Shown one piece after another: positions 18,839 through 30,495 of a stretch of DNA of 64,000 nucleotides. Position numbers and translations under genes: made by a program. The stretch's first letter is position 1; every line of letters begins with the position of its first letter. The notes under the pieces are model-generated. The model was not told the origin of the DNA. It made no database searches and worked only from the letters and a program-made list of their open reading frames with translations. Where the stretch lies: contig CAWJSJ010000002.1 in the NCBI GenBank assembly GCA_963845565.1, positions 1,664,001 to 1,728,000 of the forward strand. The letters are read 5' to 3'. This DNA is from an uncultured Methylomirabilota bacterium (GTDB lineage Bacteria > Methylomirabilota > Methylomirabilia > Methylomirabilales > 2-02-FULL-66-22).

Positions 18839-19311
18839 ATGAAGATCAGCGACACCGTGGTGGGCGCCGGCTTCGTCACAGCCGGCGCCCTCATCATCGC
18901 CGGGACATTGAACTATCCGAGCCTGGATGGCGGGCATCCGGGGCCGTCGCTCTTTCCCCGCATCCTGGGGGGACTGATGGCCACCTTCGGCGGCCTGGTC
19001 GGCGCTGAAGGGTCTGCGGACCGGAGATACCAACCAGGACGTGGAATGGCTCCTGCTCCACAAGAGCACCGGCTTCATCAACGCCGTGTTTGTCCTGGTG
19101 GGGGTGGTGGCGTACATTCTCCTGGTGGAGACGCGTCGGGTTTCTTTTGATGGGAGCGCTGCTGCTGTTCGCCGTGATGTGGCGCCTTAAGGTTCCGGCC
19201 GCTGAAGGCGCGATCGTGGCGGTCGTGTTCACCGGGATCGTCCACTTCCTGTTCGCGAAGATCATGCGGGTGCCGCTGCCCATGGGCATTCGTCTGGTGG
19301 TAGGGCGATGA
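18839..19311 (+). CDS. tctB: TTT small membrane subunit (frameshifted)
   Basis: GPSLFPRI motif, hydrophobic segments across frames, LFAKIMRVPLPMG end. Confidence 0.8.
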
Positions 19312-20809
19312 TCGATCATATTTGGAGCGCCCTGGTGATGCTGTCGAGCTGGAACCTCATCCTCACCATCACCATCTGCAGCGTCTACGGGCTGTTCGTC
19401 GGCGCCGTGCCAGGCCTCACCGCCACCATGGCGGCGGCGCTGCTCGTGCCCTTCACCTTCTTCATGGACCCGCTGCCGGCTCTGGTGGCCATCGTGACGA
19501 TGGAGGCCATGGCCATCTTCGCCGGTGACATTCCGGCAGCCTTGGTGCGCATCCCGGGCACGCCGTCCTCCGCGGCCTACACCGACGACTCGTACGAGCT
19601 CACGAAGCAGGGCAAGGTGGAGCTGGTTCTCGGTGTGGATGTCGTCACGTCCGCCATCGGGGGCCTGATGGGCGCGGTGGTCCTCATGACCTCCGCCCCG
19701 CTGTTGGCCGAGGTGGCCCTGACGTTCACCTCTTTCGAGTACTTCTGGCTGGCGGCCTTGGGCCTGTCGGCCACGGTCATGATCGCCAGTACCGATCCGT
19801 TGAAGGCCGGCCTGGCCCTCTGGTGGGGCTCTTCCTCTCGACGGTGGGGCTGGACATCACGCTGGGGTTCCCGCGGTTCACCTTCGGCAGCATTGAACTG
19901 CTCAACGGTGTGGATTTCATCCCGGCCATGATCGGCCTCTTCGGCGTGTCCGAGATTTTGCGGAACATGGGCAGCTCCCACCTGCAGTATCCGATCACGT
20001 CCGTCAAGGCGGAGGGTATCTTCAAGGGGGTCGCCAAGACGCTCTGGAAGTACAAGACGAACATGGTGCGGTCGGGGGCCATCGGCACCTTCATCGGGAT
20101 CCTGCCGGGGGCAGGTGCCGACATCGCGGCCTGGATCGCCTACGCGGCCTCTAAGCGATTCTCCAAAGAGCCGGAACTGTACGGGAAGGGAGCCATCGAG
20201 CCGATCGTGGACGCCGGCACGGCCAATAATGCCTGCCTGGCGGGGGACTGGGTTCCCGCTCTGGTGTTCGGGATCCCCGGAGACTCCATCACGGCCATCG
20301 TCATCGGGGTCCTGTTCATGAAGGGGCTCCGCCCTGGGCCGATGATCTTCGAGCAGCAGCCGGAGCTGGTGTATGCGGTCTACATCTCGTTCATCATCGC
20401 CAACATCCTGATGGTGCCTTTCGGGTATCTCGCCATCAAGGTGAGCGGTACCATGTTGAAGGTGCCGCGCAACATTCTGATGCCGGCGATCCTCATGTTC
20501 TGCATCGTGGGATCGTTCGCCATCAACAACAGCTTCTTCGATGTGGGGCTGATGCTGGCGATGGGAATTCTGGGCTACTTTTTTGAGAACAACGGTATCC
20601 CTGTGGCGCCGATCGTCCTGGGGATGGTTCTGGGTCCCATCGTCGAGCAGAACTTCATGGTCAGCATGATCAAGACCCAGTGGGACCTCACTCAGTTCGT
20701 GACCCGACCCACTGCGGCGATCCTGGCTGGGCTGACCATTTTAACCTGGCTGGCGCCGTTCTTGCCGACGATCGTGCGACGGTTGCGGGGCGGGAGCACG
20801 CCGGCCTGA
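19308..20809 (+). CDS. tctA: TTT large permease (frameshift near 19820)
   Basis: GAVPGLTATMA, IPGTPSS, LPGAGADIAA, FGIPGD, PIVLGMVLG. Confidence 0.9.
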
Positions 20810-20835
20810 GCGGACGCGACAGGCACATTCAGAGG

Positions 20836-20884
20836 GCCGCGACGCCGCTCCGGACGACGACACCCGGAGCGGCGTCGCGGTTTC
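20836..20884. terminator. Hairpin terminator between convergent genes
   Basis: About 17-bp stem CCGCGACGCCGCTCCGG/CCGGAGCGGCGTCGCGG followed by TTT. Confidence 0.75.
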
Positions 20885-21430
20885 TCAGGGTGCTATTGAG
20901 AAGAGTTCGGCGAGGACGGTCTGGTACGCACGGTACGCGACCTGTCCGAAAAGGACAAAGCGAACGAGGGTGATTTCGGGGTGTGCCCGGAGGAAGTCAG
21001 CGACGGTCGTCAGGGCAACGCGTGCCGCCTCGGCGATCGGGTAACCGTACGCTCCGGTACTGATGGACGGGAAGGCCACTGTCTGGCTGCCGCGCGCGGC
21101 TGCCAGGTGCAGGCTGTTCCGGTAGGCGCTGGCGAGTAACTCGGCCTCGCCGTGCTTGCCGTCTCGATAGATCGGTCCGACGGTGTGGATCACCCATCTG
21201 GCGGCCAGACGGCCGCCGCCGGTGATGCGCGCGTCCCCCGTCGGGCAGCCGCCGATCTTGCGACACTCCTCCAGGATCTGAGGGCCGCCGGCGCGGTGTA
21301 TGGCGCCGTCCACGCCGCCTCCGCCCAGGAGGCTGGAATTGGCGGCGTTCACGATGGCCTCGGTATCCTGCTTGGTGATGTCGCCTTCGACGAGCTCAAG
21401 CGTGGACGTACCGATCATCACGCTGCGCAT
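20885..21430 (-). CDS. Macro domain protein (O-acetyl-ADP-ribose deacetylase, YmdB-like)
   Basis: GDIT, NAAN..L.GGGGVDGAIHRAGG, HTVGP, FPSISTGAYG. Confidence 0.93.
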   Translation of the reverse strand: MRSVMIGTSTLELVEGDITKQDTEAIVNAANSSLLGGGGVDGAIHRAGGPQILEECRKIGGCPTGDARITGGGRLAARWVIHTVGPIYRDGKHGEAELLASAYRNSLHLAAARGSQTVAFPSISTGAYGYPIAEAARVALTTVADFLRAHPEITLVRFVLFGQVAYRAYQTVLAELFSIAP

Positions 21431-21441
21431 GGCGCACCTTC

Positions 21442-21477
21442 TCGAATTTCGAATTTCGAATTTCGAAATTCGAATTC
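21442..21477. repeat. Tandem heptamer repeat (TCGAATT/TCGAAAT) x5
   Basis: tcgaatttcgaatttcgaatttcgaaattcgaattc in the intergenic spacer. Confidence 0.9.
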
Positions 21478-21484
21478 TTTCCGA

Positions 21485-22281
21485 CTACCTGATCCACTTC
21501 TGCTGCAGTCGGGCAAGATCCCCCTTCAGCTTGGCCAGATCCATCCAGAGATTGACGTAGTGGATCCAGTTCTGGTCGTCGCGCGGCATGAGGTAGCCGA
21601 AATCGTCCTTGGTGTAGGTATTCTCGGGGTCAACCGCGTAGAGACGGGGCTCCGCCTTGGACACGATCATGGCCTCGATGTTGTCGGTGATCATGACGTC
21701 CACTTCCCCGGCGACGATTTTCTCGGGGATGCTCAGATTCCGCTCGATCACGACCACCGTGGCCTTCTTGATGTTGGCGTCCACGAAGCGCTGGTTGGTC
21801 CCGCCGGGATTCACGCCGATCTTCACGCCGGGCTGATCGATATCCGCCAGGGTCTTGAACCGATTCCGATCGGCGGCGCGGATCAGCGGGGACTTGCCGA
21901 CATTGATGTAGGGATGCGTCAGCGCGGCAACCTTTTGGCGGGCCAGATTCCGGGTGATCCCGCTCATGGCGATGTCGTACTGATCCTCCTGGATCCCCTT
22001 CAAGAGCGTCGGCCAGGTAGTCTTTACGAACTCCACTTTCACCCCGAGCGACTCGGCCAGGAGCTTGGCGGCGTCGATGTCATAACCTTCGTAATCGTTG
22101 GTGGCGGGATTCAGGAAGCTGAAGGGCTTGAAGTCGCCCGTGGTGCCGACGCGCAGCGTGCCCTGCTGGACGATCCGATCCAGGCGAGGGGCGGTCTGCG
22201 CCTGGGCAATACCGGCCGTGAGGAGCGCCAGGGCGAGGGCGAACACGAGGGGCAGAGGTTCCAGGGACGAAGGACTCGCAT
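21485..22281 (-). CDS. Periplasmic substrate-binding-fold protein, cyclohexadienyl dehydratase (PheC)-like; frameshift in the signal peptide near 22250
   Basis: LRVGTTGDFKPF, SGITRNLAR, VNPGGTNQRF, MITD..E; AGGAGG RBS before ATG 22281, frame restored by one extra C in a C-run. Confidence 0.8.
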
Positions 22282-22344
22282 GTCCTTCCTCCTTTGTGGG
22301 TGCGCGGCATTACGTCTGAGCACAGATGGGAAACGCCCGATCGT

Positions 22345-22575
22345 TCACCGTCCCGCGCGTGGGGTGCGGGCCGACTGCCGTTCGGCCCAGCGCCGGAACC
22401 ATTGCCCGACCCGACGCTCGACCAGCTTCATGGTGAGGATGGCCAGGATGGGCAAGAGGATGAAGACCACGGGCGAACGAGCCCCGAGACGGGGTACGAC
22501 CCAGACGGCCACGGCCACGGCCAGCAGGAACGTCCCCACACCAATCCAGCGGCGGGCCCTCCGGTGATCCGTCAC
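22345..22575 (-). CDS. Small membrane protein (76 aa, two TM helices)
   Basis: Two hydrophobic stretches flanked by Arg residues; co-oriented with the downstream gene. Confidence 0.55.
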   Translation of the reverse strand: MTDHRRARRWIGVGTFLLAVAVAVWVVPRLGARSPVVFILLPILAILTMKLVERRVGQWFRRWAERQSARTPRAGR

Positions 22576-22693
22576 GCGACGGTTCCTTACGCACGCAATG
22601 TCCGAGAAGAGAACGGTAGGGTACTCCGAACGCGGGCCGGGAGCAAGACCGGATTGGCCCAGGCCTCGACCGTTGCAGCGCGGCGGAAACCGC

Positions 22694-22722
22694 TTGCCAA
22701 CTTGGACTGAGTTGACTACACT
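22694..22722 (+). promoter_or_regulatory. Putative sigma70 promoter of tRNA-Thr
   Basis: TTGCCA-17 nt-TACACT followed by a GC-rich discriminator. Confidence 0.65.
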
Positions 22723-22738
22723 ACGCCCGCTTTCCGAA

Positions 22739-22814
22739 GCCGGCGTAGCTCAGTTGGTAGAGCAGCTGATTCGTAATCAGCAGGTCCTCGGTTCAAGTCC
22801 GAGCGCCGGCTCCA
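22739..22814 (+). tRNA. tRNA-Thr(CGT)
   Basis: 76 nt, acceptor GCCGGCG/CGCCGGC, D-arm AGCTCAGTTGGTAGAGC, anticodon arm GCTGA-TTCGTAA-TCAGC, GGTTCAAGTCC T-arm, encoded CCA. Confidence 0.97.
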
Positions 22815-23235
22815 GTTGGCCCAAACGGATGCCAACCGCTTCCACCTCTTCTCCGCGAATTGCTCCTGCGACCACACTACCGTTTCGTCCGTACGAACCG
22901 AAACCTGTCCGGGGTGTCGAGTATCCGCCCCGCTCTATAGGACCAAAGTCCGATAGACTTCCCACCTCGCCCCGCATAGACTTCCGGTTATTTTTCCGTT
23001 CCCGCCACGTTGCCTGTACCGATTCGAACCGGAGCGATGGTCGGGAGCGTTCCGCCCAGGATTGTCACGGATCGCATGGACTTTTGACGCGTAGCCGCAT
23101 AACATAGCGTTCCGGTGAGGGCAAAGACGGCACACGCGTGCCGGAAACGCACACAGGGAACCCGTCGAGGTTTGACGGGAAGACTTTGGCGCGGAATCCG
23201 ACGTCCGGATTCCGAACATGAAGGGGTGGGGCACG

Positions 23236-23961
23236 ATGAGACACCAGGGACAGCGGCACGGACGGATTCTCGGCGGATTGGTCGTTCTCGTTCTATGCGT
23301 GATCGTGTCGGTCGTTGGCGCTCCCCGGTCTGCCAGGGCCGATGACGCCAAGGAGGCGCAGCAGCTCGTGGACAAGGCGCGCTTGACGTTCGACGCGTTC
23401 ATCGGTGACAAAGAAATGGGGCCCGCGCTGAAGGATCTCGTCAAGAAGGCGCAAGGCATTCTCGTGTATCCATCGGTCCTCCGCGGGGCCTTCATCATCG
23501 GCGCCTCCGGGGGTAGCGGAGTCTTTCTGGCCCACGACGCCAAGACCAAGAAGTGGGCCGGCCCCGCCTTCTACACCATCGGGCAGGCCAGCTTTGGTCT
23601 GCAGGCCGGCGGGGACGCGTCGGAAATCGTCCTCGTGGCGTTGACCGAACGAGGGGTATCCTCGCTCTTGGCCACGAGTGCCAAGCTCGGGGCCGATGCC
23701 TCCGTCGCTGCCGGGCCCGTCGGCGCGGGTGCGCAAGCGGCGACGCAAAACCTCAGTGCGGACATTGTCAGCTATTCGCGCTCCAAGGGAGTCTACGCGG
23801 GGGTCTCCGTCGACGGAGCGGTGGTCGCGACGCGGGATGCGTTGAACAAGGCCTACTACAAGAAGGAGGTTACCCCCACCGACATCTTGATCAAGCGCAC
23901 GGTGACGAACAAGGGCGCCGCGGGGCTGGTGCAGGCAGTGGCGAAGGCGACAGGGAAGTGA
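23236..23961 (+). CDS. SYLF/Ysc84 lipid-binding domain protein, exported
   Basis: Signal peptide, GAFIIGASGGSG, SFGLQAGG, SYSRSKGVYAGVSVDG. Confidence 0.88.
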   Translation: MRHQGQRHGRILGGLVVLVLCVIVSVVGAPRSARADDAKEAQQLVDKARLTFDAFIGDKEMGPALKDLVKKAQGILVYPSVLRGAFIIGASGGSGVFLAHDAKTKKWAGPAFYTIGQASFGLQAGGDASEIVLVALTERGVSSLLATSAKLGADASVAAGPVGAGAQAATQNLSADIVSYSRSKGVYAGVSVDGAVVATRDALNKAYYKKEVTPTDILIKRTVTNKGAAGLVQAVAKATGK

Positions 23962-24036
23962 CGAGGTGACGGCGCGGCAGGCGGCCCGCCGCGCGGACGT
24001 CGGCATCGCGGACATCGCAAAATGAGGAGGCAGGGC

Positions 24037-24255
24037 ATGTCCAGGTCGATACCTCACACGCTGGTCCTGCTTGCGGTGTGCGGGGTCTTGCTGTTCGGCG
24101 TTGCAGCCTGCGGCGGGGGCGGGGCCGAGGTGCGGAGTGAGGTCACCACGACTACCACCGGACAGCAGCTCATAGACCTGAAGAAGGCGCTCGACTCCGG
24201 TGCCATGACCCAGCAGGAGTACGAGAAAGAGCGGAAGAAGATTCTGTCGAAGTAG
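24037..24255 (+). CDS. SHOCT-domain lipoprotein
   Basis: Lipobox VAAC, GQQLIDLKKALDSGAMTQQEYEKERKKIL. Confidence 0.85.
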   Translation: MSRSIPHTLVLLAVCGVLLFGVAACGGGGAEVRSEVTTTTTGQQLIDLKKALDSGAMTQQEYEKERKKILSK

Positions 24256-24393
24256 CGCGAGCGATTGGTACCACCCGGTTTCCTCGAACACGCGGACGTG
24301 GCACTCACGTGAGGATTCCGAAGGCGGCGATCGGCCGGTAGGCGCGGGTCACCGGGCCACCGAGCCGCGACGCGCATGGGAAGGGAGAATGGG

Positions 24394-25721
24394 ATGCGTA
24401 CTGGAGTCCCGAGGAAAGTTCTGATTGTGGCCCTGGTTTGCCTGCTCGTCGGCCTGCCGGGGGTGCCCGTCGCGAATGCGCAAGCGCCCGCGGCCGGCGA
24501 CAGTCCCCCGCCCGCCACCCTCTCGGCGCAGCAACTGGAGGACGCTGGTCGGCCGGATTGCCCTGTACCCGGACGATCTCGTGGCAATCATTCTGCCGGC
24601 GGCCACCTTCCCGCTGGACATCGTCCAGGCGGACCGGTTCCTGCAGAAGGTGAAGCAGGACAAGAACCTCAAGCCGGACGATCGTTGGGACGAGAGCGTC
24701 CGGAATCTCGTCAACTACCCCGAGGTCATCGGCATGATGAGCGGGGACCTCGACTGGACCCAGGACCTGGGCGAGGCGGTGGTGAGCCAGCAAGTCCGAT
24801 GTCCTGAAGGCCATCCAGGCCTTCCGGGCCAAGGCGGCGTCCGCCGGCAACCTCAAGTCGGACGACAAGCAGCTCATCGTCGAGGAGAACAATGTCATCC
24901 AGATCGTCCCGGCCGACCCCGAGGTGATCTACGTGCCCCAGTACCAGCCCAGCACGGTGGTCGTCCAGCAAGCGGCGCCGGTCTACGGCTACTACCCGGC
25001 CCCATACCCCAGCTATTACTATCCCTATCCCTACGGTGCGGGACTCGCGTTGGCCGGGGGCTTCGCCCTCGGGGCGGCGACGGCCTATGCGTGCAACTGG
25101 GGCGGCGGCAATGTCGAGAACAACGTCAACATCAACAATACCAAGAACATGAACACGAATCGGAACAACCAGCAGATTCAGCAGAAGACCAACCAGGCCC
25201 GGCAGCGGGCGGATCAGGCCGGGGCGCAACGTGGCGGCCAGGCGAGCCAGACGGGCCGCGGCCAGGGCGGAGGCAACAAGTGGCAGTCCCAGAAGAAGCC
25301 GGGCGAGGTCAGTCAGGGTCGCTCCTCGCGCCAGACGGCCCAGGCGCGGCCCGGGAGTAGCGCGAGTGGCGGCGCGTCCCGAGGCGATGCCTTCGGCGGC
25401 GGCGGGCGCGGATCGGACGCGGCGCGGGATTCCAGCCGCGGGGCGGAGAGCCGCGGCGGCGGCGCCAGCGCCTCCACCATGGATCGGGGTGGCGGCGGCG
25501 GGTCTCGCGGCGGCGCCAGCGCCTCCACCATGGATCGCGGCGGCAGCAGTTCCCGCGGCGGCAGCAGCGGCTTCTCCGGCGGCAGCAGCGGCGGGTCTCG
25601 GGGCGGCAGCAGCGGCGGCTTCTCCGGAGGTGGTGGCGGCTCCCGGGGTGGCGGCGGTGGCGGTGGCGGCGGCTCCCGGGGCGGTGGCGGCGGGCGGGGT
25701 GGTGGCGGCGGGCGCCGGTGA
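24394..25721 (+). CDS. DUF3300 domain protein with Gly/Arg-rich tail (frameshifts near 24540 and 24795)
   Basis: IALYPDDL, WDESV..LVNYPEVI, WTQDLGEA, IVPADPEVIYVPQY. Confidence 0.85.
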
Positions 25722-25832
25722 TCATACACGCCGGTGCACGGTACTTACTCCCCATGTAGCAACGCGCGTGAACACAGCGACGCTTCGCGATGCACGACAA
25801 CCCGCCCAACGGCCGGGGACGTTCAGGAGGAG

Positions 25833-26777
25833 ATGATGATGCACAGGACAACGCACAACAGCGGTTCCAGGGGGCTGGGAGCGATCTTGGTCGTCCTGTT
25901 AGGGGTGCTGGCGCTCGGGGGGCCGGCGCAGGCCGCCACCGCCGAGCCCCAAATGCGCTTCGGGACGCCGGAAGCCGCCGTGGAGGTCCTGCTCACGGCG
26001 CTCAAGAATAGCGACGATGGCACGCTGGCCACGTTGTTCGGGGCGGAGTATGCCGGCCACCTGCTCTCGAAGGACAAAGTCGCCGCCCGGGAGGACCGGA
26101 CGCGCCTCTACGAGGCGGCCCAGAAAAAGTGGACGCTCCGGAAGGATACCGCCGACCTGGCCATCCTCGTCATCGGCGAGTACGACTGGCCGTTCCCTAT
26201 CCCCCTGGTCCGGAGCGGCACAGACTGGCGGTTCTACACCGCTCAAGGGATTGAGGAGATAATAAATCGGCGCATCGGCCGGAACGAACTCAACGCGATC
26301 AGGGTCTCCCGGTACTTCATCTGGGCGCAGCGCGAGTACGCGAGCAAGATTCGGGATGGGCGCGACGTGCGGCAGTTCGCCCAGCGGCTTGCGAGCACTC
26401 CCGGCAAACAGGACGGGCTGTACTGGGATCCCGCGGTCGCCAACGGTGAAGAGAGCCCCTTCGGCCCGTACGTCGCGGAGTTCCTCAAGTCCGGCCGCAA
26501 GTCTGGCGAGCCGTACTACGGCTATTTCTTCCGGATCCTGACCCGCCAGGGCAAAAATGCCCCTGGCGGCCGGTACAACTTTGTGATCAACGGGAACATG
26601 ATCGGCGGCTTTGCCATGGTGGCCTTCCCCGCCGAGTACGGGAACACCGGGATCATGACCTTCCTCGTCAGCCACCACGGAAAGGTGTCCCAGAAGGACC
26701 TCGGGCCTCGGACAGCCGAGATTGCGAAGGCGATGCAGGAGTACAATCCGGACGCGACCTGGACGGAGGTGCGGTAG
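25833..26777 (+). CDS. DUF2950 family protein
   Basis: WPFPIPLV, EIINRRIGRNEL, PGKQDGLYW, PYYGYFFRIL, PAEYGNTGIMTF; usual DUF3300 partner. Confidence 0.9.
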   Translation: MMMHRTTHNSGSRGLGAILVVLLGVLALGGPAQAATAEPQMRFGTPEAAVEVLLTALKNSDDGTLATLFGAEYAGHLLSKDKVAAREDRTRLYEAAQKKWTLRKDTADLAILVIGEYDWPFPIPLVRSGTDWRFYTAQGIEEIINRRIGRNELNAIRVSRYFIWAQREYASKIRDGRDVRQFAQRLASTPGKQDGLYWDPAVANGEESPFGPYVAEFLKSGRKSGEPYYGYFFRILTRQGKNAPGGRYNFVINGNMIGGFAMVAFPAEYGNTGIMTFLVSHHGKVSQKDLGPRTAEIAKAMQEYNPDATWTEVR

Positions 26778-26915
26778 AGGACTGCGGAAGGGATCAGGCG
26801 ATCTGGTCGACTCGGAATCGAGACGAGTCAAGTAAGGTTGTGGAGACCGTGGCCTGTTCGAGCCGGATCAGCCGAAGTTGCCAAGCTGCCAGGTACGCCA
26901 AGAATGGGAGGCTCC

Positions 26916-27481
26916 ATGGCGAATGGTTGTCGTCGCTGTGTCCCGGCAGGCGTGCTCCGTCTTCACGGCGCTTGTCGCCCTGGCCGGCTGCGCCAGCTTG
27001 GCGGTCAACCCGTGCGATACCATCGAGGATCGCGACGGGAAGTACTTCGGCCGCTTCTTTCTGGGGGTCGCCACGCTCGGCCTCTCCGAGGTGACCATCC
27101 AGCAGGAGGAGGTCCGCCAGGCCTACCAGGGCTCGCCCGGCTGTCCCCCCCCGCCAGGGGTGCGGGTCGTCACGGCGCCCAAACCGGCTGCCGCCAGCGC
27201 CCCATCCGCCGCCGTGGGCACCCTGGTGAACGGGACGCGCTGGACGATCGGCCTCTACCTGAACCAGGATCCCGGTGCCCCCGGCGTGGCGCCCTTCGCC
27301 ATCCTGCGGCCCGAGCGGCAACCTCCAGGTGGCCTTCCGCCCCGGCCAGCATTCCATGCTGGCCCGCCCGACCGGCGCCCCGCCCGGGACCTTGCCCTCG
27401 GTGCAGTGGAGCCGCCAGTTCGAGATCGATCCCCGGGTGCGGGGCTTCAAGCTGCAGTTCAACGAGGCGGATTTCAAGTAG
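26916..27481 (+). CDS. Hypothetical lipoprotein (frameshift near 27315; start uncertain)
   Basis: Lipobox LAGC, GVATLGLSE; C-terminal part continues in ORF 27275-27481. Confidence 0.6.
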
Positions 27482-27593
27482 GGGCAGCGGGCAGCGGCGA
27501 CGGCGCGCGATCAGCAGTCGGGAGTACGGAGAATGTGGAATCGCCGATCGGTGTCGCAGCGCGAGTGAGTTGTCCCCCCAAATCGAGGTGTGT

Positions 27594-29123
27594 ATGCGCC
27601 AGAGACACGTCCAGCATGGGCGTCGGCTAGGACGAATGCCGGGTTATTGGTGGAGAGGTCTTCTGGGCGTCTGTCTTGCGACGGTTGTTGCGGGTTGCGC
27701 CGTCAATCCGGTGAGTGGTCGGTCGGAAGTGGCCGTGATCTCGGCGGAGAAAGAGCGCGAACTGGGTGACGAGGAGGCCCGCAAGGTCGAAGCGAGCATG
27801 GGACTGGTCACCGATCCTGCGCTCGTCGCCTACGTACAGGCGGTGGGGGCGCGGGTCGCCAAACAGTCCCCCCGGCAGGACATCTCATACACTTTCCAGA
27901 TCGTCAACCAGCCTGAGCCGAACGCCTTTGCCCTGCCCAACGGGAATATCTACGTCTCACGAGGGCTCCTGGTCCTGGCGAATACCGAGGATGAGCTGGC
28001 CGGGGTCTTGGGGCACGAGGTCATCCATGTGGCCGCCCGCCACACCGTCCGCAGCGCGAACGTGGCCGTCGCCACGTCGCCGCTCCGGATCGCCACGGGG
28101 ATCGCCGGCATCGCCACGGGGATCATTGCTCCCCGCGTCGGCGAGGGGATCATGGACCTGGGCGACGTGGCGACCGAGGCCTTCATGGCGCCGTACGGCC
28201 GGAGCCAGGAGCGCGAAGCGGACGACGTCGGCGTCGATCTGGCCGCGCGAGCCGGCTACGACCCCGCTGGACTCCCCCGCATGCTCCAGAGCCTGGGACG
28301 AGAGGAGGCACTCCACAGGGAGGGGCCGCCTCGCCAGAGCTTCTTCGACACGCACCCCGCCACTCCCGAGCGGGTCCAGGAGACGCGGGAGAAGGCTGCC
28401 ACCCTTCGCAAGGCGCCTTCCGCGCCCGTCGCCAGGTCGCAGGGAGAATTCCTGGCCAAGCTGAACGGCCTGCTTATCGGGAACGACCCGGCCGACGGGA
28501 CGTTCCAGGAGACCCGGTTCTTCCAGCCGTCGCTCGGGGTTACGCTGCGCTTTCCGGTCGGGTGGGAGAAGCGCAACACGCCGCGCGCGGTCGTCAGCCA
28601 CACGCGGGACAAGGAGGCGGTCCTGCTCCTCACCGTGGCCGGGAAAGGCGCCGACCCCGTCCAGGTCGCCCGGGAGGCCGAAAAGCAGGCCGGCGCTCCA
28701 CTCCTGGAGGGCGCCAAGACCATGGAGATCAACGGGCTGCGGGCCGTGCGGAATACCGTGACTGCCGAGGGCTCGAACGGGCCGATGACGCTGGATTTCA
28801 CCTGGATCGCCCACCGCGGCATCGTCTACCGTATCGTTGGCTTGAGCCCGGCGCGACGCTTCGCCGCTCACAGGCCTCTCTTCGATGACACCGTGTCGAG
28901 CTTCCGCGCGATGACCTCGGGGGACACGGCGCAGCTCCGAGACATCCGCCTGCGTGTGGTTCCGGCGCGGGCGGGGGAGCAACTGGCGGACATCGCGCGG
29001 CGGACGGGGAGTGCCTGGTCGGCGAACGAGATCGCCGTCGCGAATGCGCTGGCCGCGGACGTCCGACTCGCCGCCGGCCAGACAATCAAGGTGGCCATTC
29101 CTGAGCCCTACCGGCCCCGTTGA
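27594..29123 (+). CDS. M48 family metalloprotease lipoprotein with C-terminal LysM-like domain
   Basis: VAGC lipobox, PNAFALP, HEVIH (HExxH), QEREAD, THP. Confidence 0.9.
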   Translation: MRQRHVQHGRRLGRMPGYWWRGLLGVCLATVVAGCAVNPVSGRSEVAVISAEKERELGDEEARKVEASMGLVTDPALVAYVQAVGARVAKQSPRQDISYTFQIVNQPEPNAFALPNGNIYVSRGLLVLANTEDELAGVLGHEVIHVAARHTVRSANVAVATSPLRIATGIAGIATGIIAPRVGEGIMDLGDVATEAFMAPYGRSQEREADDVGVDLAARAGYDPAGLPRMLQSLGREEALHREGPPRQSFFDTHPATPERVQETREKAATLRKAPSAPVARSQGEFLAKLNGLLIGNDPADGTFQETRFFQPSLGVTLRFPVGWEKRNTPRAVVSHTRDKEAVLLLTVAGKGADPVQVAREAEKQAGAPLLEGAKTMEINGLRAVRNTVTAEGSNGPMTLDFTWIAHRGIVYRIVGLSPARRFAAHRPLFDDTVSSFRAMTSGDTAQLRDIRLRVVPARAGEQLADIARRTGSAWSANEIAVANALAADVRLAAGQTIKVAIPEPYRPR

Positions 29124-29202
29124 GGGACGGGGTTCCGTTGCGTGCCCTGTGAAAGGGGGAATCATGGTCCTGCTCGGCCGATGTCCCGGGAAGGAGGATG
29201 TC

Positions 29203-30445
29203 ATGCGCTACGAGGGAAGGTCGGAAAAAGAAGGAGCAGGCCGGTTCTGTCGGGGGCAGTGGCGCAGAGGCGGGGCCATCGTCTTCATCGGAATGCTGCT
29301 TGGCGTTACGGGAGTATTCCCCCATGTTGCGCCGGCCGCGGAATCGACGCCCGACCGCCATGAACAGATCGTCGCTGCTCGGATCGCGCAGATCCTGCCG
29401 GGCGTCGTGGGGATCATGGTCGAGGTGAAGGCCGAGGTGACCGTCCGATGCGGTCCGAACGACACCTACGTCGTGAAGCCGGACGGGGACAAGCGAGAAC
29501 GGGACCGGCTTTATCATCCACCCGGATGGCTGGATCGCCACCAACGGCCATGTCGTCATGGCGATCCAGAGGCCGGACGAAGACCACGTCACGGACTTCC
29601 TGGCGGCCGCGGCCCAGACTGCCTGCGGCCCGGGACTGAAGAAGCTTCCCGAGAAGCAGCGCAAGGCCAGGATGACGGCAATCCTCAAGGATCCGGAGAA
29701 TCGGAAAGGGGTCACGCTGACCAGGACGCTCGATGTCTATCTCCCGACGGGGGAGGCTCGACAGGGATATGCGGCGACGATCAAAGCCTTCAGCCCGCCG
29801 ATCGACCCCGACCTGTTGCCCAAGGATGGGAGCAAACCGAATCCGCCCATGCTGGATGCGGCCATCATCAAGATCGAGGCCAAAGGTCTCCCCACCGTCC
29901 GTCTGGCATCGAGCGCCTCGCACGCGGTTGCGCTGGGCCAGCAGCTCGTCATCGTGGGGTATCCTGGCGTGGTCGTCTGGCATGATTTTCTCAGCAAGAA
30001 GTCCCGGGCCGAGGCCACGATCACTTTCGGGCGGGTCTCCGCCTTCCGGATGGATGTGAATGAGCGGTGGATTCTCCAGACCGATGCGCCCATCTCCTGG
30101 GGAAACAGCGGCGGCCCCGCCTTCAATATCCGAGGCGAGGTCGTAGCGCTGGCGACCTTCATCTCCACGTCGCTGGAGGGCGATCAGGCCATTCAGGGAT
30201 TCAATTTTCTGATCCCGATCGATTCGATCCACGCGCAGGCGAAGCAACTCGGTGTGACGCCAAGCACGGACAGCCCCTTCACGCGCGAGTGGGATCGGGC
30301 CGTTGAAGCGTTCATCGAGGGGCGATCCAAGGAGGCAATCGCTCACGCGGAGGCGGCCGACAAGCTTGTACCGGGATTGATCGATGTCCAACGGGCCATC
30401 GTGCGGTTTCGCAAGCTCCAAGAGCTCCGAGGGGAGAAACCGTAG
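29203..30445 (+). CDS. Trypsin-like (S1C) serine protease without PDZ (frameshift near 29495)
   Basis: GTGFIIHPDGWIATNGHVV, DAAIIKI, ISWGNSGGP triad motifs. Confidence 0.85.
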
Positions 30446-30495
30446 GGCGAAACAGCGGGCAGCTGGCGGAAGGCACAGCAGGGGAGGAGGATTGC

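Noticed and set aside
23040..23215. Possible riboswitch upstream of the SYLF gene (GGCAAA...GAAA)
   Set aside because: Could not build the conserved c-di-GMP or other aptamer pairing by eye; needs an Rfam scan
22739..23230. tRNA-Thr as an integration site of a genomic island
   Set aside because: No integrase and no duplicated tRNA 3' end seen in the window
25380..25721. GGC-rich low-complexity tract with a 29-bp direct repeat (25458, 25509)
   Set aside because: Explained by the ordinary Gly/Ser/Arg-rich tail of DUF3300 proteins
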